Source: Candidatus Pacebacteria bacterium UBA6180
GTDB lineage: Bacteria; Patescibacteriota; Microgenomatia; UBA1400; PJMF01
DNA: 64,000 nt
Direction of reading: 5' to 3'
NCBI GenBank assembly: GCA_002422165.1
Contig: DITQ01000008.1
Coordinates: 35,136 to 99,135, forward strand
Shown: one piece after another, positions 1 to 10,362 of the stretch
How positions within the stretch are numbered: the first letter of the stretch is position 1
How the letters are laid out: the number at the start of each line of letters is the position of its first letter
Translations under genes and position numbers: made by a program
The notes under the pieces: model-generated
What the model saw: the letters and a program-made list of their open reading frames with translations, nothing else
Told to the model about the DNA's origin: nothing
Databases searched by the model: none

Positions 1-700
1 GCATATTGATGAGGTCAGGATACATGGCTTGCAGGAAACCGGCTTCTTCGGAGGCTAGGCCGCTTAGTTTGGCCAAACTGACGAAGAAATTAGCCAGTAG
101 ACCAGTGATAACCAGAGCCACGACGGTGCTGATGACGGCGATGGTGGTTTTGCGATTGAGGCCGTGACTAGGGTAAAAAGTGGCGGGAATGATGATCAGC
201 GAGCCAAGAATGGCGATCAGAATGGGGTTAGCGCCCGCAGCGATGCGTGGCAAAATGAAATAGATAATCACTGCAAAAGAAACCGCCATCCCAAGCAGCG
301 AGCCAACTCCCCGCCATCTGGAAATGAGCAGCACCATGGCGATAAAAATGATAAACAAAATTAGCAACGCATCAGTGCGGACCTGATCAGCAATCAGGAA
401 AACTTCTGAGTTTGCCTGGTAAATCATTAGTTTATCGCCGAGTTGATACTCCTGACGAGGGTCTAAATTTTCGGCGATCACTGTCTGGCCGTGAAAATCA
501 CTTTGGCTGGTAATTAGTAGTTCCAGTTTTTGCCACATCTCTCCCATTTCTTTGTCGCCGGTGATTTTTTGCTCCAAGATTTCGGTCACCACTCCTTGGT
601 AGTTTTGACTGCTTGGAATTTCTTGTGCTACTGCGCTGCCAGCAAATAACTGTAGTGAGGCAAAGAAAAAAAAGACTGTCAGAGCAATTTTTTTAATCAT
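1..700 (-). CDS. YibE/F-family membrane protein (3' part runs off the window edge)
   Basis: Not in the ORF track because it is truncated. Manual translation from ATG at 700 gives MIKKIALTVFFFFASLQ...FLIADQVRTDALLILFIIF...SHGLNRKTTIAVIST; ATGA overlap with the upstream gene's stop. Confidence 0.75.
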   Translation of the reverse strand, partial: MIKKIALTVFFFFASLQLFAGSAVAQEIPSSQNYQGVVTEILEQKITGDKEMGEMWQKLELLITSQSDFHGQTVIAENLDPRQEYQLGDKLMIYQANSEVFLIADQVRTDALLILFIIFIAMVLLISRWRGVGSLLGMAVSFAVIIYFILPRIAAGANPILIAILGSLIIIPATFYPSHGLNRKTTIAVISTVVALVITGLLANFFVSLAKLSGLASEEAGFLQAMYPDLINM

Positions 701-1698
701 GCGAGGGACTTTTTCTTTGCTAAAACTAATTTTGCCTTGCGTAAAAACGCGAGTTTATCCAGGCTGTGTTTTTGGTAAAGTTCTTCTTCTGATCCAGACT
801 CGCCAAAAGTCTCATCAACCCCCATGAATTCACAAGCGATCGCTTGGTTTAGCTTGGTGCCGAAGTTATTGACTATCAGTTGAGCTATAGAACTGTTTAA
901 ACCTGAGTTGAGCTGATGTTCTTGAGCCACCAACAAAGCTTTGGTTTTCTTTACACTGTTGATGATAACTGTTTCATCAAGAGGTTTAACAGTGTGCAAG
1001 TTAAGTAATTCTACTGATAATCCCATGTTTTTTAGAAGCGCAGTTGCTTCGATGGCGGTTTGCAACATTAAGCCATTGGCAATAATTGTTAGATCATTTC
1101 CTTGATTTAATATTTGAGCATGACCGATTTTAAGTTCTTTTTCATAAATTTTTATATTATTGTTTATTGCTATTTCGTAGACATTGGGTTTAGCAAGTCT
1201 AGATAGGCGTAGATATCCAGGACCCTTGATCTTATGAAGTTGTTGACTAAGGGTGAGAGCTTCTTGGTAATCAGATGGAACAATGGCTGTCATGTAAGGT
1301 AAAGAACAAATAATGGCCAAATCCTCCAGGGCTTGATGAGTTGAGCCGTAGCGACCAGTAGCTAGACCAGCATGCCCACCAACTACTTTGATGTTCAGCT
1401 CGCTATATACAGCAGTTCGTAATTGGTCGAGGTTTCTTTCTGGATTAAAAACAGCATAGCTAACCACCCATGGATTTTTGCCTTGCAATGCTAAGCCACT
1501 AGCCACTCCCATCATATTTTGTTCGGCAACGCCACATTCTACATATCTATCTGGAAAAAGTTTCTTAAATTCAGTTAGCTTGAGTGAATCTGACAAGTCG
1601 CCACACAGAACAACCATTTGAGGATCTTTTTTAGCTATTTCAACCATAGCTTTGCCAAAACCATCTCTATTGCCCTTGATTTGAGAAGTAGATGACAT
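697..1698 (-). CDS. Transketolase C-terminal subunit
   Basis: ECGVAEQNMMG, GSTHQALED and TVKPLD motifs. Confidence 0.93.
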   Translation of the reverse strand: MSSTSQIKGNRDGFGKAMVEIAKKDPQMVVLCGDLSDSLKLTEFKKLFPDRYVECGVAEQNMMGVASGLALQGKNPWVVSYAVFNPERNLDQLRTAVYSELNIKVVGGHAGLATGRYGSTHQALEDLAIICSLPYMTAIVPSDYQEALTLSQQLHKIKGPGYLRLSRLAKPNVYEIAINNNIKIYEKELKIGHAQILNQGNDLTIIANGLMLQTAIEATALLKNMGLSVELLNLHTVKPLDETVIINSVKKTKALLVAQEHQLNSGLNSSIAQLIVNNFGTKLNQAIACEFMGVDETFGESGSEEELYQKHSLDKLAFLRKAKLVLAKKKSLA

Positions 1699-2552
1699 TA
1701 GTTGTTTTTTCCTTTAATTTCTAGCTCTTTCATTGCTTGAGAGTATTCGCTTTCGTTTGGTACATGAGAATGCCATTTGCTATCGTTTTCCATGAAGGAA
1801 ACTCCTTTGCCAGCAATAGTGTTTAGCAAGACAACGGTAGCTTTTCTTTCGTGACTTTTTGCAAGCTTTAGTTTTTTGATAAGATCGGCAAAGTCATGAC
1901 CGTCGGCCTCAAACACTCTAAATCCGAAGGCGAGTAGCTTCAATTTTAAATCTCTAATTGGCAACACATTTTTAATTTTTCCAGAAATTTGAATTTTGTT
2001 GCAATCAATTAAGCCAACAAAATTATCTAAATTATGATGATTGATGAAAGTATAAGCTTCCCAGACCTGACCCTCTTGTTGTTCGCCATCACTCATCAAA
2101 CAAAAAACATGATTTTTCTTGCCATCCATTTTGAGCCCAATGGCGATGCCAGCTGCTTGAGAAATACCCTGACCAAGAGAGCCAGAAGTATTTTCTATTC
2201 CAGGTAAATTATGTTTGCTGCCAAAAGCAAAGTGAGGATGACCTTGGAGCCTAGATCCAAGCTTGGCATATTCGTCGAGTTCTTGTACTTCGAAAAATCC
2301 TTTGCGAGCTAGTACTGAATATAAGGTTGGACAAACATGTCCTTTTGACAGTATAAAAAAATCTCTTTTTTCCCAATTTGGCCTTTTGGGGTCGTGCCGT
2401 AAAATATCAGCAAAATATAAAGCAACCATAGTTTCAGAACCACTAAAAGATCCGGCTAAATGTCCGCTTTCTGATAAAACGGTCATTCGTAAAACGTCTT
2501 GTCTGACTTGGTAGGCAATTTTGTGTAGTTTTTTAAAATCTGGGGCAGGCAT
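1698..2552 (-). CDS. Transketolase N-terminal subunit
   Basis: SKGH, LQGHP, GSLGQG and the TPP-binding SDGEQQEGQVWEA...N motif. Confidence 0.93.
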   Translation of the reverse strand: MPAPDFKKLHKIAYQVRQDVLRMTVLSESGHLAGSFSGSETMVALYFADILRHDPKRPNWEKRDFFILSKGHVCPTLYSVLARKGFFEVQELDEYAKLGSRLQGHPHFAFGSKHNLPGIENTSGSLGQGISQAAGIAIGLKMDGKKNHVFCLMSDGEQQEGQVWEAYTFINHHNLDNFVGLIDCNKIQISGKIKNVLPIRDLKLKLLAFGFRVFEADGHDFADLIKKLKLAKSHERKATVVLLNTIAGKGVSFMENDSKWHSHVPNESEYSQAMKELEIKGKNN

Positions 2553-2566
2553 AAATTTCTCGCTAA

Positions 2567-5500
2567 CTAATTTAAAAGCTCATCAATTTGCTTGATCAAC
2601 TCTTCATTATAATTGACTTTATAGGGCAAAACTATGCGTTCGGCTTTGGCGCCATTGGGGATGACGATGACGATTTTCTCGCTGCCTAAATTGGCTTTAA
2701 GCAAGGCACCGAGTTTTTTGAGGGTCTCGGGGCTAGTTTTACGAGGGACGAAAATTTCTTGGAAATCCTGGCCTTTGGAAAACTCTACGTCCTCATCTTT
2801 AGGGATGATGATTTTTTCGGCGATAATTTTAAATTCTTCTTCTTCGTGTTGGACTTTGCCGCGCACTAGAACCACTTGATCTTGTTCGAGCTGGAAACCT
2901 AATTCCTCATAAGTGCGAGGAAAAATGATCAGTTCGGCTTTGCCAGATTGATCCTCCAGGGTAGCAAAAGCCATTTTTTGACCCTTCTTGGTCAATATTT
3001 CCTTGAAGCGACTAAGTAAACCGCCAAATAAAAAGACTTGGTCTTGACTAAATTCTGGGTCAAGCTCGGCGATACGCATGTTGGCACGTTTGTTGACCAG
3101 ACTAAGAGCGTCAGCCAGTGGGTGGTCGGTTAGATAGAGGCCAAGCAACTCTTTTTCGAAAGAAAGCAGCTCTGCTTCCGGATATTCCTTGACCTTGGGA
3201 AAACTGTCTTTGATTTCACTGCTTTTGGTGCTCACTTCCATGAACAAATGATCTTGTCCATCAATTTCGGATTGAAACTGGGCGGCAGTTTGGCGGATGC
3301 TTTCTAGATTTTCTAGCATAGAGGCTCTTGTCGCGAAGCGATCCATAGCGCCAACTTTGATCAAACATTCCAGGGTAGTTTTGTTAACTTTGCGACTGTC
3401 GGTAGCCTGGATAAAATGAGTGAAAGAAGAAAAAGTCTTCTCGTTGCGGCGAGTTTCCAGGATATTTTCGATGGCTGCTGTGCCGACGTGTTTAATTGCT
3501 GCTAGGCCAAAGCGCACAGCCATACCTTCCTTGGATTGCTTATCGCTCTCGATGGTAAAATCTTGACCAGAGAGATTGATGTCAGGTGCAAGAATTTTAA
3601 TACCCATCTTGCGACAGTTTTCGATGGCGACGGCAATTTTTTCGTCGCGGTTCATGCCGTGAGAGTTGGACTCCACGCTCATCAAAGCAGTCATGTACTC
3701 GACAGGATAGTTAGCCTTGAGCCAGGCGGTCTGGTAAGCGATCATCGCGTAAGAAGCAGCGTGAGCTTTGTTGAAACCGTAGTTGGCAAAAGCCTCGATG
3801 AAGCCCCAGATTTTTTCGGCGGTTTCTTTTTTATAGTCGTTTTTAACAGACTCCTCGATGAAGCGTTTTTTGTTGGCATCAAGGATTTTCTTTTTCTTTT
3901 TGCCAATCGCGCGACGCAACATGTCCGCTTCGCCCATAGTGTAACCAGCCATGAAGTGGACGATTTCCAAAATCTGCTCCTGGTAAACCATGATGCCATA
4001 AGTCTCTTGTAAAAAGGGCTTAAGCGCTTTGTGAGGGTATTCAATGGAATTTGGATTATGTTTGCCCTCGATGAAGCGCGGAATCAGATCCATAGGTCCT
4101 GGGCGGTAAAGGGCAACCATAGCAGTAATGTCAGAAAAAGCGCTCGGTTTGAGCGACTTTGCTACCCGGCGCATGCCAGGCGACTCAAGCTGGAAGACGC
4201 CGGTAGTATCACCAGAAGATAAGAGCTCGAAGGTTTTAATGTCATCTATAGGAATAGTTTCGATGTCGATGTTTTCTTTTTTGTACTTTTTAATTAGCTT
4301 GAGCGTTTCTTGGATGATGGAGAGGTTGCGTAATCCTAGGAAGTCAAACTTCAGCAAGCCAACTGCATTATCATCGATATTACAGTCCATCGAATACATG
4401 TCGAGTTGAGTGAGAGTTTTGCCAGAACGAGAGTCTTTTTGGATGGCGGTGTAGTTGTCCAGGCCCTTGTCAGCGATAATGATGGCACAAGCGTGCATGC
4501 CAGAGTGGCGAATGGTGCCTTCGACTTTGGAAGCCAAATCCATCAAACGTTTAAACTTGTCTTGTTTGTAGAGGCTGGCTAGTTCAGGGACAGTCTCTAT
4601 GGCAGATTTGATGGAAGTTTTTTTACCTGGGTCGTTGGGGATTAGTTTGGCGACTCGATCAGGGTCTTCATAAGGTAAGCCCAAGACACGGCCAATGTCG
4701 CGGATGGCGACGCGAGCCTCCATGCGTCCAAAAGTGATAACGGCGGCGACGTGATCTTCACCGTACTTTTTAGCCACGTAGTTAATGACCTCATCGCGCT
4801 TGATATCAGCGAAGTCGATGTCGACATCAGGCGGTGTGGGACGTTCTGGATTGAGAAAGCGCTCGAAAGGTAAGCCGTGCAGTAAGGGGTCTAGAGCGGT
4901 GATGTTGAGCGAATAAGAAACGATCGAGCCAGCGGCACTGCCTCTGCCAGGACCGACGGCGATGCCTTGGTTTTTGGCCCAGTTGACAAAATCCTGAGTA
5001 ATCAAAAAGTAAGCCGCGTAACCCTTATCGTTAATAATGTTGATTTCGTATTCGAGGCGTTTTTTGACTTCGGGAGTGATTTGGCCATATTTTTTCTTTG
5101 CACCTTCGAAGCTTAGTTTATGGAGATATGATTCGTAAGTCTCGCCCTCAGGCAGCTCGTAGCTTGGAAAAATTAGTTTACCGGTGGGGATTTCCAGGTC
5201 ACAGCTCTCGGCAATCTTGACTGTGTTGGCGATGGCTTCGGGTAAATCAGCGAAAAGCTCAATCATCTCCTCTGTAGACTTGAGATAAAAGTCCGGTTTA
5301 TCAATCATTTTCATCCGTTTTTCGTCGGAGATGAGTTTGCGAGTCTGGACACAGAGTAAGGCATCTTGAGCTTCAGCGTCAGCCTGCTCCATGTAGTGAA
5401 CGTCGTTGGTGGCGACTAGTGGCAAGTCGAGCTGGCGGGCGATTTTGATCAATTTGTCTCGCAGTTCTGCTTCTTTGTCGACGTGAGGGTGGTTTTGTAG

Positions 5501-6034
5501 TTCGACGTAGAAGCGGCCTTTGAACTGTTTTTTATATTTCTTAAAAATTTCAATCGCTTGCTCATCTTTGCCATCCAAAAGGAGACGACTGGTGCGACTA
5601 CTCATGCAACCGCTGAGGACGATCAGGCCTTCGCTGTATTTGAAGAGGGTTTCTTCATCGATACGCGGTTTGTAGGAGAAACCTTCGAAGTTAGCGATGG
5701 TCACCAGCTTCATTAGATTTTGGTAGCCTTGGAAATTTTGTGCCAAAAGCGTCAAGTGACTCTGGTCAGAGCCCATGCGCAGCTGCTTGTCGAAGCGCGA
5801 GCCCTTGGCTAGATAAATTTCACAGCCAATGATCGGCTTGATGCCTTCCTTGCGACACTCGTTATAGAAGGAAATGTTGCCGTGCAAATTGCCATGGTCA
5901 GTCAGGGCGATGGCAGTTTGGCCCAAGCTTTTGACTTGCTTGACGAGGTCAGGAATTTTGGCCAGGCCATCCAACATCGAATACTCGCTGTGGACATGGA
6001 GGTGAACAAAATTGGCCGCTTGGTTGCTAGACAT
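2567..6034 (-). CDS. dnaE: DNA polymerase III alpha subunit
   Basis: PHP domain (HLHVHSEYS, TDHG), GRGSAAGS, PDVDIDF, FNKAHA and C-terminal OB fold; normal length, no intein. Confidence 0.98.
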   Translation of the reverse strand: MSSNQAANFVHLHVHSEYSMLDGLAKIPDLVKQVKSLGQTAIALTDHGNLHGNISFYNECRKEGIKPIIGCEIYLAKGSRFDKQLRMGSDQSHLTLLAQNFQGYQNLMKLVTIANFEGFSYKPRIDEETLFKYSEGLIVLSGCMSSRTSRLLLDGKDEQAIEIFKKYKKQFKGRFYVELQNHPHVDKEAELRDKLIKIARQLDLPLVATNDVHYMEQADAEAQDALLCVQTRKLISDEKRMKMIDKPDFYLKSTEEMIELFADLPEAIANTVKIAESCDLEIPTGKLIFPSYELPEGETYESYLHKLSFEGAKKKYGQITPEVKKRLEYEINIINDKGYAAYFLITQDFVNWAKNQGIAVGPGRGSAAGSIVSYSLNITALDPLLHGLPFERFLNPERPTPPDVDIDFADIKRDEVINYVAKKYGEDHVAAVITFGRMEARVAIRDIGRVLGLPYEDPDRVAKLIPNDPGKKTSIKSAIETVPELASLYKQDKFKRLMDLASKVEGTIRHSGMHACAIIIADKGLDNYTAIQKDSRSGKTLTQLDMYSMDCNIDDNAVGLLKFDFLGLRNLSIIQETLKLIKKYKKENIDIETIPIDDIKTFELLSSGDTTGVFQLESPGMRRVAKSLKPSAFSDITAMVALYRPGPMDLIPRFIEGKHNPNSIEYPHKALKPFLQETYGIMVYQEQILEIVHFMAGYTMGEADMLRRAIGKKKKKILDANKKRFIEESVKNDYKKETAEKIWGFIEAFANYGFNKAHAASYAMIAYQTAWLKANYPVEYMTALMSVESNSHGMNRDEKIAVAIENCRKMGIKILAPDINLSGQDFTIESDKQSKEGMAVRFGLAAIKHVGTAAIENILETRRNEKTFSSFTHFIQATDSRKVNKTTLECLIKVGAMDRFATRASMLENLESIRQTAAQFQSEIDGQDHLFMEVSTKSSEIKDSFPKVKEYPEAELLSFEKELLGLYLTDHPLADALSLVNKRANMRIAELDPEFSQDQVFLFGGLLSRFKEILTKKGQKMAFATLEDQSGKAELIIFPRTYEELGFQLEQDQVVLVRGKVQHEEEEFKIIAEKIIIPKDEDVEFSKGQDFQEIFVPRKTSPETLKKLGALLKANLGSEKIVIVIPNGAKAERIVLPYKVNYNEELIKQIDELLN

Positions 6035-6098
6035 AATGAGAGGGACTAACCTCTGGAAAAGTCTAGCATTAAAGGAGGGGTTTGTAAAATCTGAGTGG

Positions 6099-6326
6099 TT
6101 AGTCTTTTAGAATCATGAAAGATCCGCCATTTGAAGATATATGATGTCCCGGCAAAGCCCCTCTAACGAGATTATTAACAAAACCATAACCAAACATTTG
6201 AATTGAAGAGTTTAAAATAGCAGTTACATCAGCAGGTTTTCCACCAGATTTGTCTATTGCTTCTTTAAGTTGAGCAATAACAGTTTGGTGAAGCTCTTTT
6301 GGAAGATTATCAGTTTCTTGAGTCAT
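6099..6326 (-). CDS. Small hypothetical protein (75 aa, AT-rich)
   Basis: ATG ORF filling the gatB-dnaE gap on the same strand; no recognisable family. Confidence 0.5.
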   Translation of the reverse strand: MTQETDNLPKELHQTVIAQLKEAIDKSGGKPADVTAILNSSIQMFGYGFVNNLVRGALPGHHISSNGGSFMILKD

Positions 6327-6383
6327 ATTTTTTTCTAAGCAGGCTTACAAATAAGTTACCAGATTGTAATCCTTAGCTCATCT

Positions 6384-7724
6384 CTAGTCAAGCATTTTGA
6401 CTAGTTGCTCTCTGACTTGGTTGACGTCAGTTTGCTTGCCAAGCTCTCTCATTGTTTGACCAACCAAGAAACCTAAGACGGCGGTTTTACCAGCACGGTA
6501 TTTTTCTACCGCATCTGGATTGTTTGAGAGGACTTGCTGGAGGACTGCAGTGAGCTTGTTCTCATCGACAGTTTGGCTAGCGAAGGCAGTTTGGAACGAA
6601 GCGAGGACCTTTGAGGGCAGGTCTTGTAAGCTGAAGGTAATTTTTTTATTGAGTAGGGCGTTGACGAGTTTTTGGCAATCCAAATTTTCCTGCTTGGCTA
6701 ATGTTAGGACGCTTTCGAAGAAATCAGCTTCCAAACGCTGGCGAGTCAAACTCTGGGCGCTTTGAATATTAAGGCTGTAAGTGGTCGCGAGACGCAGGGC
6801 TCTGGCCTCTGGTAGTTCTGGTAATTCTTGGCGCCAGGCCTCGATTTGTTCGGCAGTAAATTCGAGAGGTGGTAAATCAGGATCAGGGAAATAGCGATAG
6901 TCAGCGGCGTCTTCTTTGCTGCGTTGAGCGAAGGTTTTACCGGTGGTGGGGTTGTAACCGCGGGTTTCCTGGGTGGGGACGCCGCCGTTTTGCAAGATTT
7001 CAGTCTGGCGAGTGATTTCGTAGTTGATCGCTGCCTCGAGGAATTTGAAGGAGTTGATGTTTTTGCACTCAACTTTGTAGTCGGGCAGTTCATTTTTGCC
7101 TTCGCGACGCAGGGAGATATTGGCCTCCAAGCGCATACCGCCCTTTTCCATGTCGCAGTCAGCGATGTCGAGGTAACGCATGATTTGACGTAGTTTCTGA
7201 CCATATTCTTTAGCCTGAGTGGGCGAGATAATGTCAGCTTCGGTAACTATTTCGACTAATGGCACACTGCTGCGGTTGAAGTCGACGAGAGTGGCTTTAT
7301 CCAGCACACCATCTCCATCTAGGTCGATGTCTTGATGGGATAATTTAGCGGTATCTTCCTCTAGGTGAATACGGTGAATTCGCACTTTTCCCTCGCTGGT
7401 CTCGACATAACCATCGTAGCAAAAGGGAATATCGTACTGGCTGATCTGATAACCCTTGGGCAGATCTGGGTAAAAGTAATTTTTACGGTCAAATTTGGAA
7501 AAGAGATTGACTTGACAATTCAGTGCCAAGCCAAGCTTAATCGTCCGCTCGATGGCTTGACGATTAGCAACAGGTAAAGCTCCAGGCATGCCAAGACAAA
7601 CTGGACAAGTGTGGGTGTTGGGTGCAGGTGCGCCAAAGGGATCATTTTTGCAGGCGCAAAACATCTTGGATTTGGTTTTGAGTTCGGCATGAATTTCGAG
7701 GCCGCAGACGAGTTTATATGGCAT
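6384..7724 (-). CDS. gatB: Asp/Glu-tRNA amidotransferase subunit B
   Basis: GLEIHAEL, FDRKNYFYPDLPKGYQISQ, YRYFPDPDL. Start placed at ATG 7724 (TAATG overlap with the gatA stop). Confidence 0.97.
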   Translation of the reverse strand: MPYKLVCGLEIHAELKTKSKMFCACKNDPFGAPAPNTHTCPVCLGMPGALPVANRQAIERTIKLGLALNCQVNLFSKFDRKNYFYPDLPKGYQISQYDIPFCYDGYVETSEGKVRIHRIHLEEDTAKLSHQDIDLDGDGVLDKATLVDFNRSSVPLVEIVTEADIISPTQAKEYGQKLRQIMRYLDIADCDMEKGGMRLEANISLRREGKNELPDYKVECKNINSFKFLEAAINYEITRQTEILQNGGVPTQETRGYNPTTGKTFAQRSKEDAADYRYFPDPDLPPLEFTAEQIEAWRQELPELPEARALRLATTYSLNIQSAQSLTRQRLEADFFESVLTLAKQENLDCQKLVNALLNKKITFSLQDLPSKVLASFQTAFASQTVDENKLTAVLQQVLSNNPDAVEKYRAGKTAVLGFLVGQTMRELGKQTDVNQVREQLVKMLD

Positions 7725-9106
7725 TATTTGTTTCTCCAGGAATTCCACTTAGTGTTTTTTTCGAAAGCATCGGCAACTTTGATGACTTTCTCCTCTTGCC
7801 ACATGGGGGCGATGAAGCTCGCTCCCAGATAAAGGTTCGTTTTTTCATCGCGATAAAAAGGCACGTTGACACCTGGCAAACCAGACACTGAGCTAGCTTC
7901 AAGCAGCATATCTTCTAATTCGCCAAACATAGCGGCATCAAGCGAAGCTCCAAGCTCTTTAGCATAGGAAGGCGAGGTCGCCGATACCAGCACATCATAT
8001 TTCTGAAAAAGTCGCTGATAGTCTTGCAGATAAAGAGTACGAACTTTTTGGGCTAAATTATAGTATTGGTCAGCTCGTCCTTTGGTGAGAGTGTAGGTTC
8101 CAAGCATAATTCGTTTCTTGGCTTCAGCGCCAAAGTGACTGCGATCCAAACCATAGCGAATGCCGTCGTAGCGAGCTAGGTTGCTGCTGACTTCAGCCCG
8201 TTGGACGACTGTGTAGACGCCGATGGCGAAGTGTGGGTCCATGGCTTGGACGGTTTCGACAGCCGCGCCGAGTTCGCGCAAAATTTGCAGCTGCTCGACT
8301 AATATTTGGTTAGTGGATGCTAATTCCTTGATGTCTTGGTAAATGACGCCAATTTTCAGGCCCTTGATGCTCTGGCCAATGGCTTGGCTGAAATCTGGAG
8401 CCTTGTTTCGGCTGCAGGTGCCGTCGCGCTCGTCTGGACCAGCAAAACTGTTAAGCAGAATCGCTGCATCCTCGACAGTTTTGGCTAACGGGCCGGGACT
8501 ATCTGTTGAGGAAGCCATAGCGGCCACTCCGAAGCGACTGACACGGCCATAGGTGGGTTTGAGTCCGACTACACCGCACCAAGCGGCTGGTTGGCGAATC
8601 GAGCCGGCAGTTTCACTGCCGATGGCGGCAGCGGCAAGATCTGCTGCTACCGCAGCAGCGCTGCCGCCAGAAGATCCGCCTGGAAGATGAGCAGGATTGC
8701 AAGGATTGAGGGTGGGACCGAAGTCGCTGGTCTCAGTCGAAGAGCCATGAGCCCAGGCATCCATGTTGGTTTTGCCGTAGAGAATGCCACCACTTTCTAA
8801 GAGGCGTTTGGTGACGGTGGACTCGTATTGTGGCTGAAACTCTTCCAAAATTTTAGTGGAGGCGGTAGTCAGCAGATCTCTGGTGCAGAAATTATCTTTG
8901 ACCGCAATCGGCAAACCGCGTAAAGGCTTGTGGCTGGCTTTTTTCGCTTGTTCAAGTGCCACGTCATTGTGACTCAGGTAGATGTTGAGCTTAGAATTTT
9001 TTGCCTGATAAGCGCTGTCTAGATCTTGATAAATTTCCTCGATCTTAATCTCTTTTTTAGCCAATTTATCCAAACTCTCTTTGAGCGTGAGTTCATTTAG
9101 TTTCAT
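7724..9106 (-). CDS. gatA: Asp/Glu-tRNA amidotransferase subunit A
   Basis: Amidase signature PGGSSGGSAAA, GSETAGSIRQPA and SNLARYDG. Start placed at MKLNEL, just after the gatC stop. Confidence 0.97.
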   Translation of the reverse strand: MKLNELTLKESLDKLAKKEIKIEEIYQDLDSAYQAKNSKLNIYLSHNDVALEQAKKASHKPLRGLPIAVKDNFCTRDLLTTASTKILEEFQPQYESTVTKRLLESGGILYGKTNMDAWAHGSSTETSDFGPTLNPCNPAHLPGGSSGGSAAAVAADLAAAAIGSETAGSIRQPAAWCGVVGLKPTYGRVSRFGVAAMASSTDSPGPLAKTVEDAAILLNSFAGPDERDGTCSRNKAPDFSQAIGQSIKGLKIGVIYQDIKELASTNQILVEQLQILRELGAAVETVQAMDPHFAIGVYTVVQRAEVSSNLARYDGIRYGLDRSHFGAEAKKRIMLGTYTLTKGRADQYYNLAQKVRTLYLQDYQRLFQKYDVLVSATSPSYAKELGASLDAAMFGELEDMLLEASSVSGLPGVNVPFYRDEKTNLYLGASFIAPMWQEEKVIKVADAFEKNTKWNSWRNK

Positions 9107-9107
9107 C

Positions 9108-9413
9108 TTAATTATCCTTGTTTTGTAAAACGTAAGGGACGACGAAATAACCCTGGTGAGTGACTTTAGCGTTGGCGAGGGCTTCTTTTTGGCTGAAGCT
9201 GTATTCTTCCTTGACGACGTCTTCGCGCCAGACATTTTTTAGACCAGTGACTTGGTGGGTGGTGGGTGTGTCGGCGGCGCCAGCTTTTTTGAGCTGATCG
9301 ACGACGACTAAAGTATCGGTAAAGGCTTTGGCGATCTTCTCACTTTCTTCTTGGGTGACGGGAATGTTGGCCAGTGAAGCAATGTGTTTGACTTGAGAAT
9401 CGTTGACTGACAT
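9108..9413 (-). CDS. gatC: Asp/Glu-tRNA amidotransferase subunit C
   Basis: VKHIASLA, NVWRED and GYFVVP; first gene of gatCAB. Confidence 0.93.
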   Translation of the reverse strand: MSVNDSQVKHIASLANIPVTQEESEKIAKAFTDTLVVVDQLKKAGAADTPTTHQVTGLKNVWREDVVKEEYSFSQKEALANAKVTHQGYFVVPYVLQNKDN

Positions 9414-9442
9414 GTTCGCTATTCTAGCACAAAATGAGCGCT

Positions 9443-10354
9443 CTAGCGGAGGCTCATTTGCTGCAAAGCTTTGATGCGCTCGGTGACTGGCGGATGGGTA
9501 TTAAACATTTTGGCAAAAGCGTGGACAGCGCCATGGGTATTTTTGAGAGGATCGCTGATGTAGAGGTGAGCGGTGGCTTTGTTGGCAGCTTCGAGCGGTT
9601 CGCGATCATCAGCGATTTTTTGTAAGGCACGAATCATGCCCTGAGGGTTTTTGGTCATGGCGGCGGCACTGGCATCAGCCAGGAATTCGCGGCGTCTGGA
9701 AATAGCCAGTTGGATAAGTTGGGCGATGATGGGTGATAAAATCGCCAAAAAGATGGCAATCACCGCCATGATGGCGGCCAGTTGACTATTATCGTTGTCC
9801 CTCTTCCTACCTCCGCCCCAAAAAGACATGCGCATGAACCAGTCGGCCAAGAGGGCTACTAGGCCAACTAGGACAGAAACGATCGACATAAGGAGAATAT
9901 CGTAATTTTTGACGTGACTAAGTTCGTGGGCAACGACGGCTTCAACTTCGCTGCGGTTGAGATTGCGCAGTAGACCGGTAGTAGCACAGACGACGGCGTG
10001 CTCGGGATTGCGGCCAGTGGCGAAAGCGTTCATAGCAGTGTCTTCGATGACGTAAAGTTTAGGCAAAGGCATTTTTTGACCCAGACAGAGATTTTCGGTG
10101 ACAGTGTAGAAGTCAAAAAATTCCTGGCGCTTGGCTTCCCTAGCTCCAGAAATGCCGAGAATAATTTTGTCAGAATAGTAATAGGAGAAAAAAGAAAGTC
10201 CGCCAGAGATAATGAGTGCCCAACCCACCATACTCAAAGGATAGCCAAAACCGCGCGCCATGGCGTAAGCTGCGCCAGCGATGAAGGCGATAAACAAGCT
10301 GACGATCAAGAAAGAGCGCTGCTTATTTTTGGCAACTAACTGGTAATGCGTCAT
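9443..10354 (-). CDS. htpX: Zinc metalloprotease HtpX (M48)
   Basis: NAFATG, HELSH, SRRREFLAD and THPP; adjacent to lemA. Confidence 0.95.
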   Translation of the reverse strand: MTHYQLVAKNKQRSFLIVSLFIAFIAGAAYAMARGFGYPLSMVGWALIISGGLSFFSYYYSDKIILGISGAREAKRQEFFDFYTVTENLCLGQKMPLPKLYVIEDTAMNAFATGRNPEHAVVCATTGLLRNLNRSEVEAVVAHELSHVKNYDILLMSIVSVLVGLVALLADWFMRMSFWGGGRKRDNDNSQLAAIMAVIAIFLAILSPIIAQLIQLAISRRREFLADASAAAMTKNPQGMIRALQKIADDREPLEAANKATAHLYISDPLKNTHGAVHAFAKMFNTHPPVTERIKALQQMSLR

Positions 10355-10362
10355 AGGCTAGT

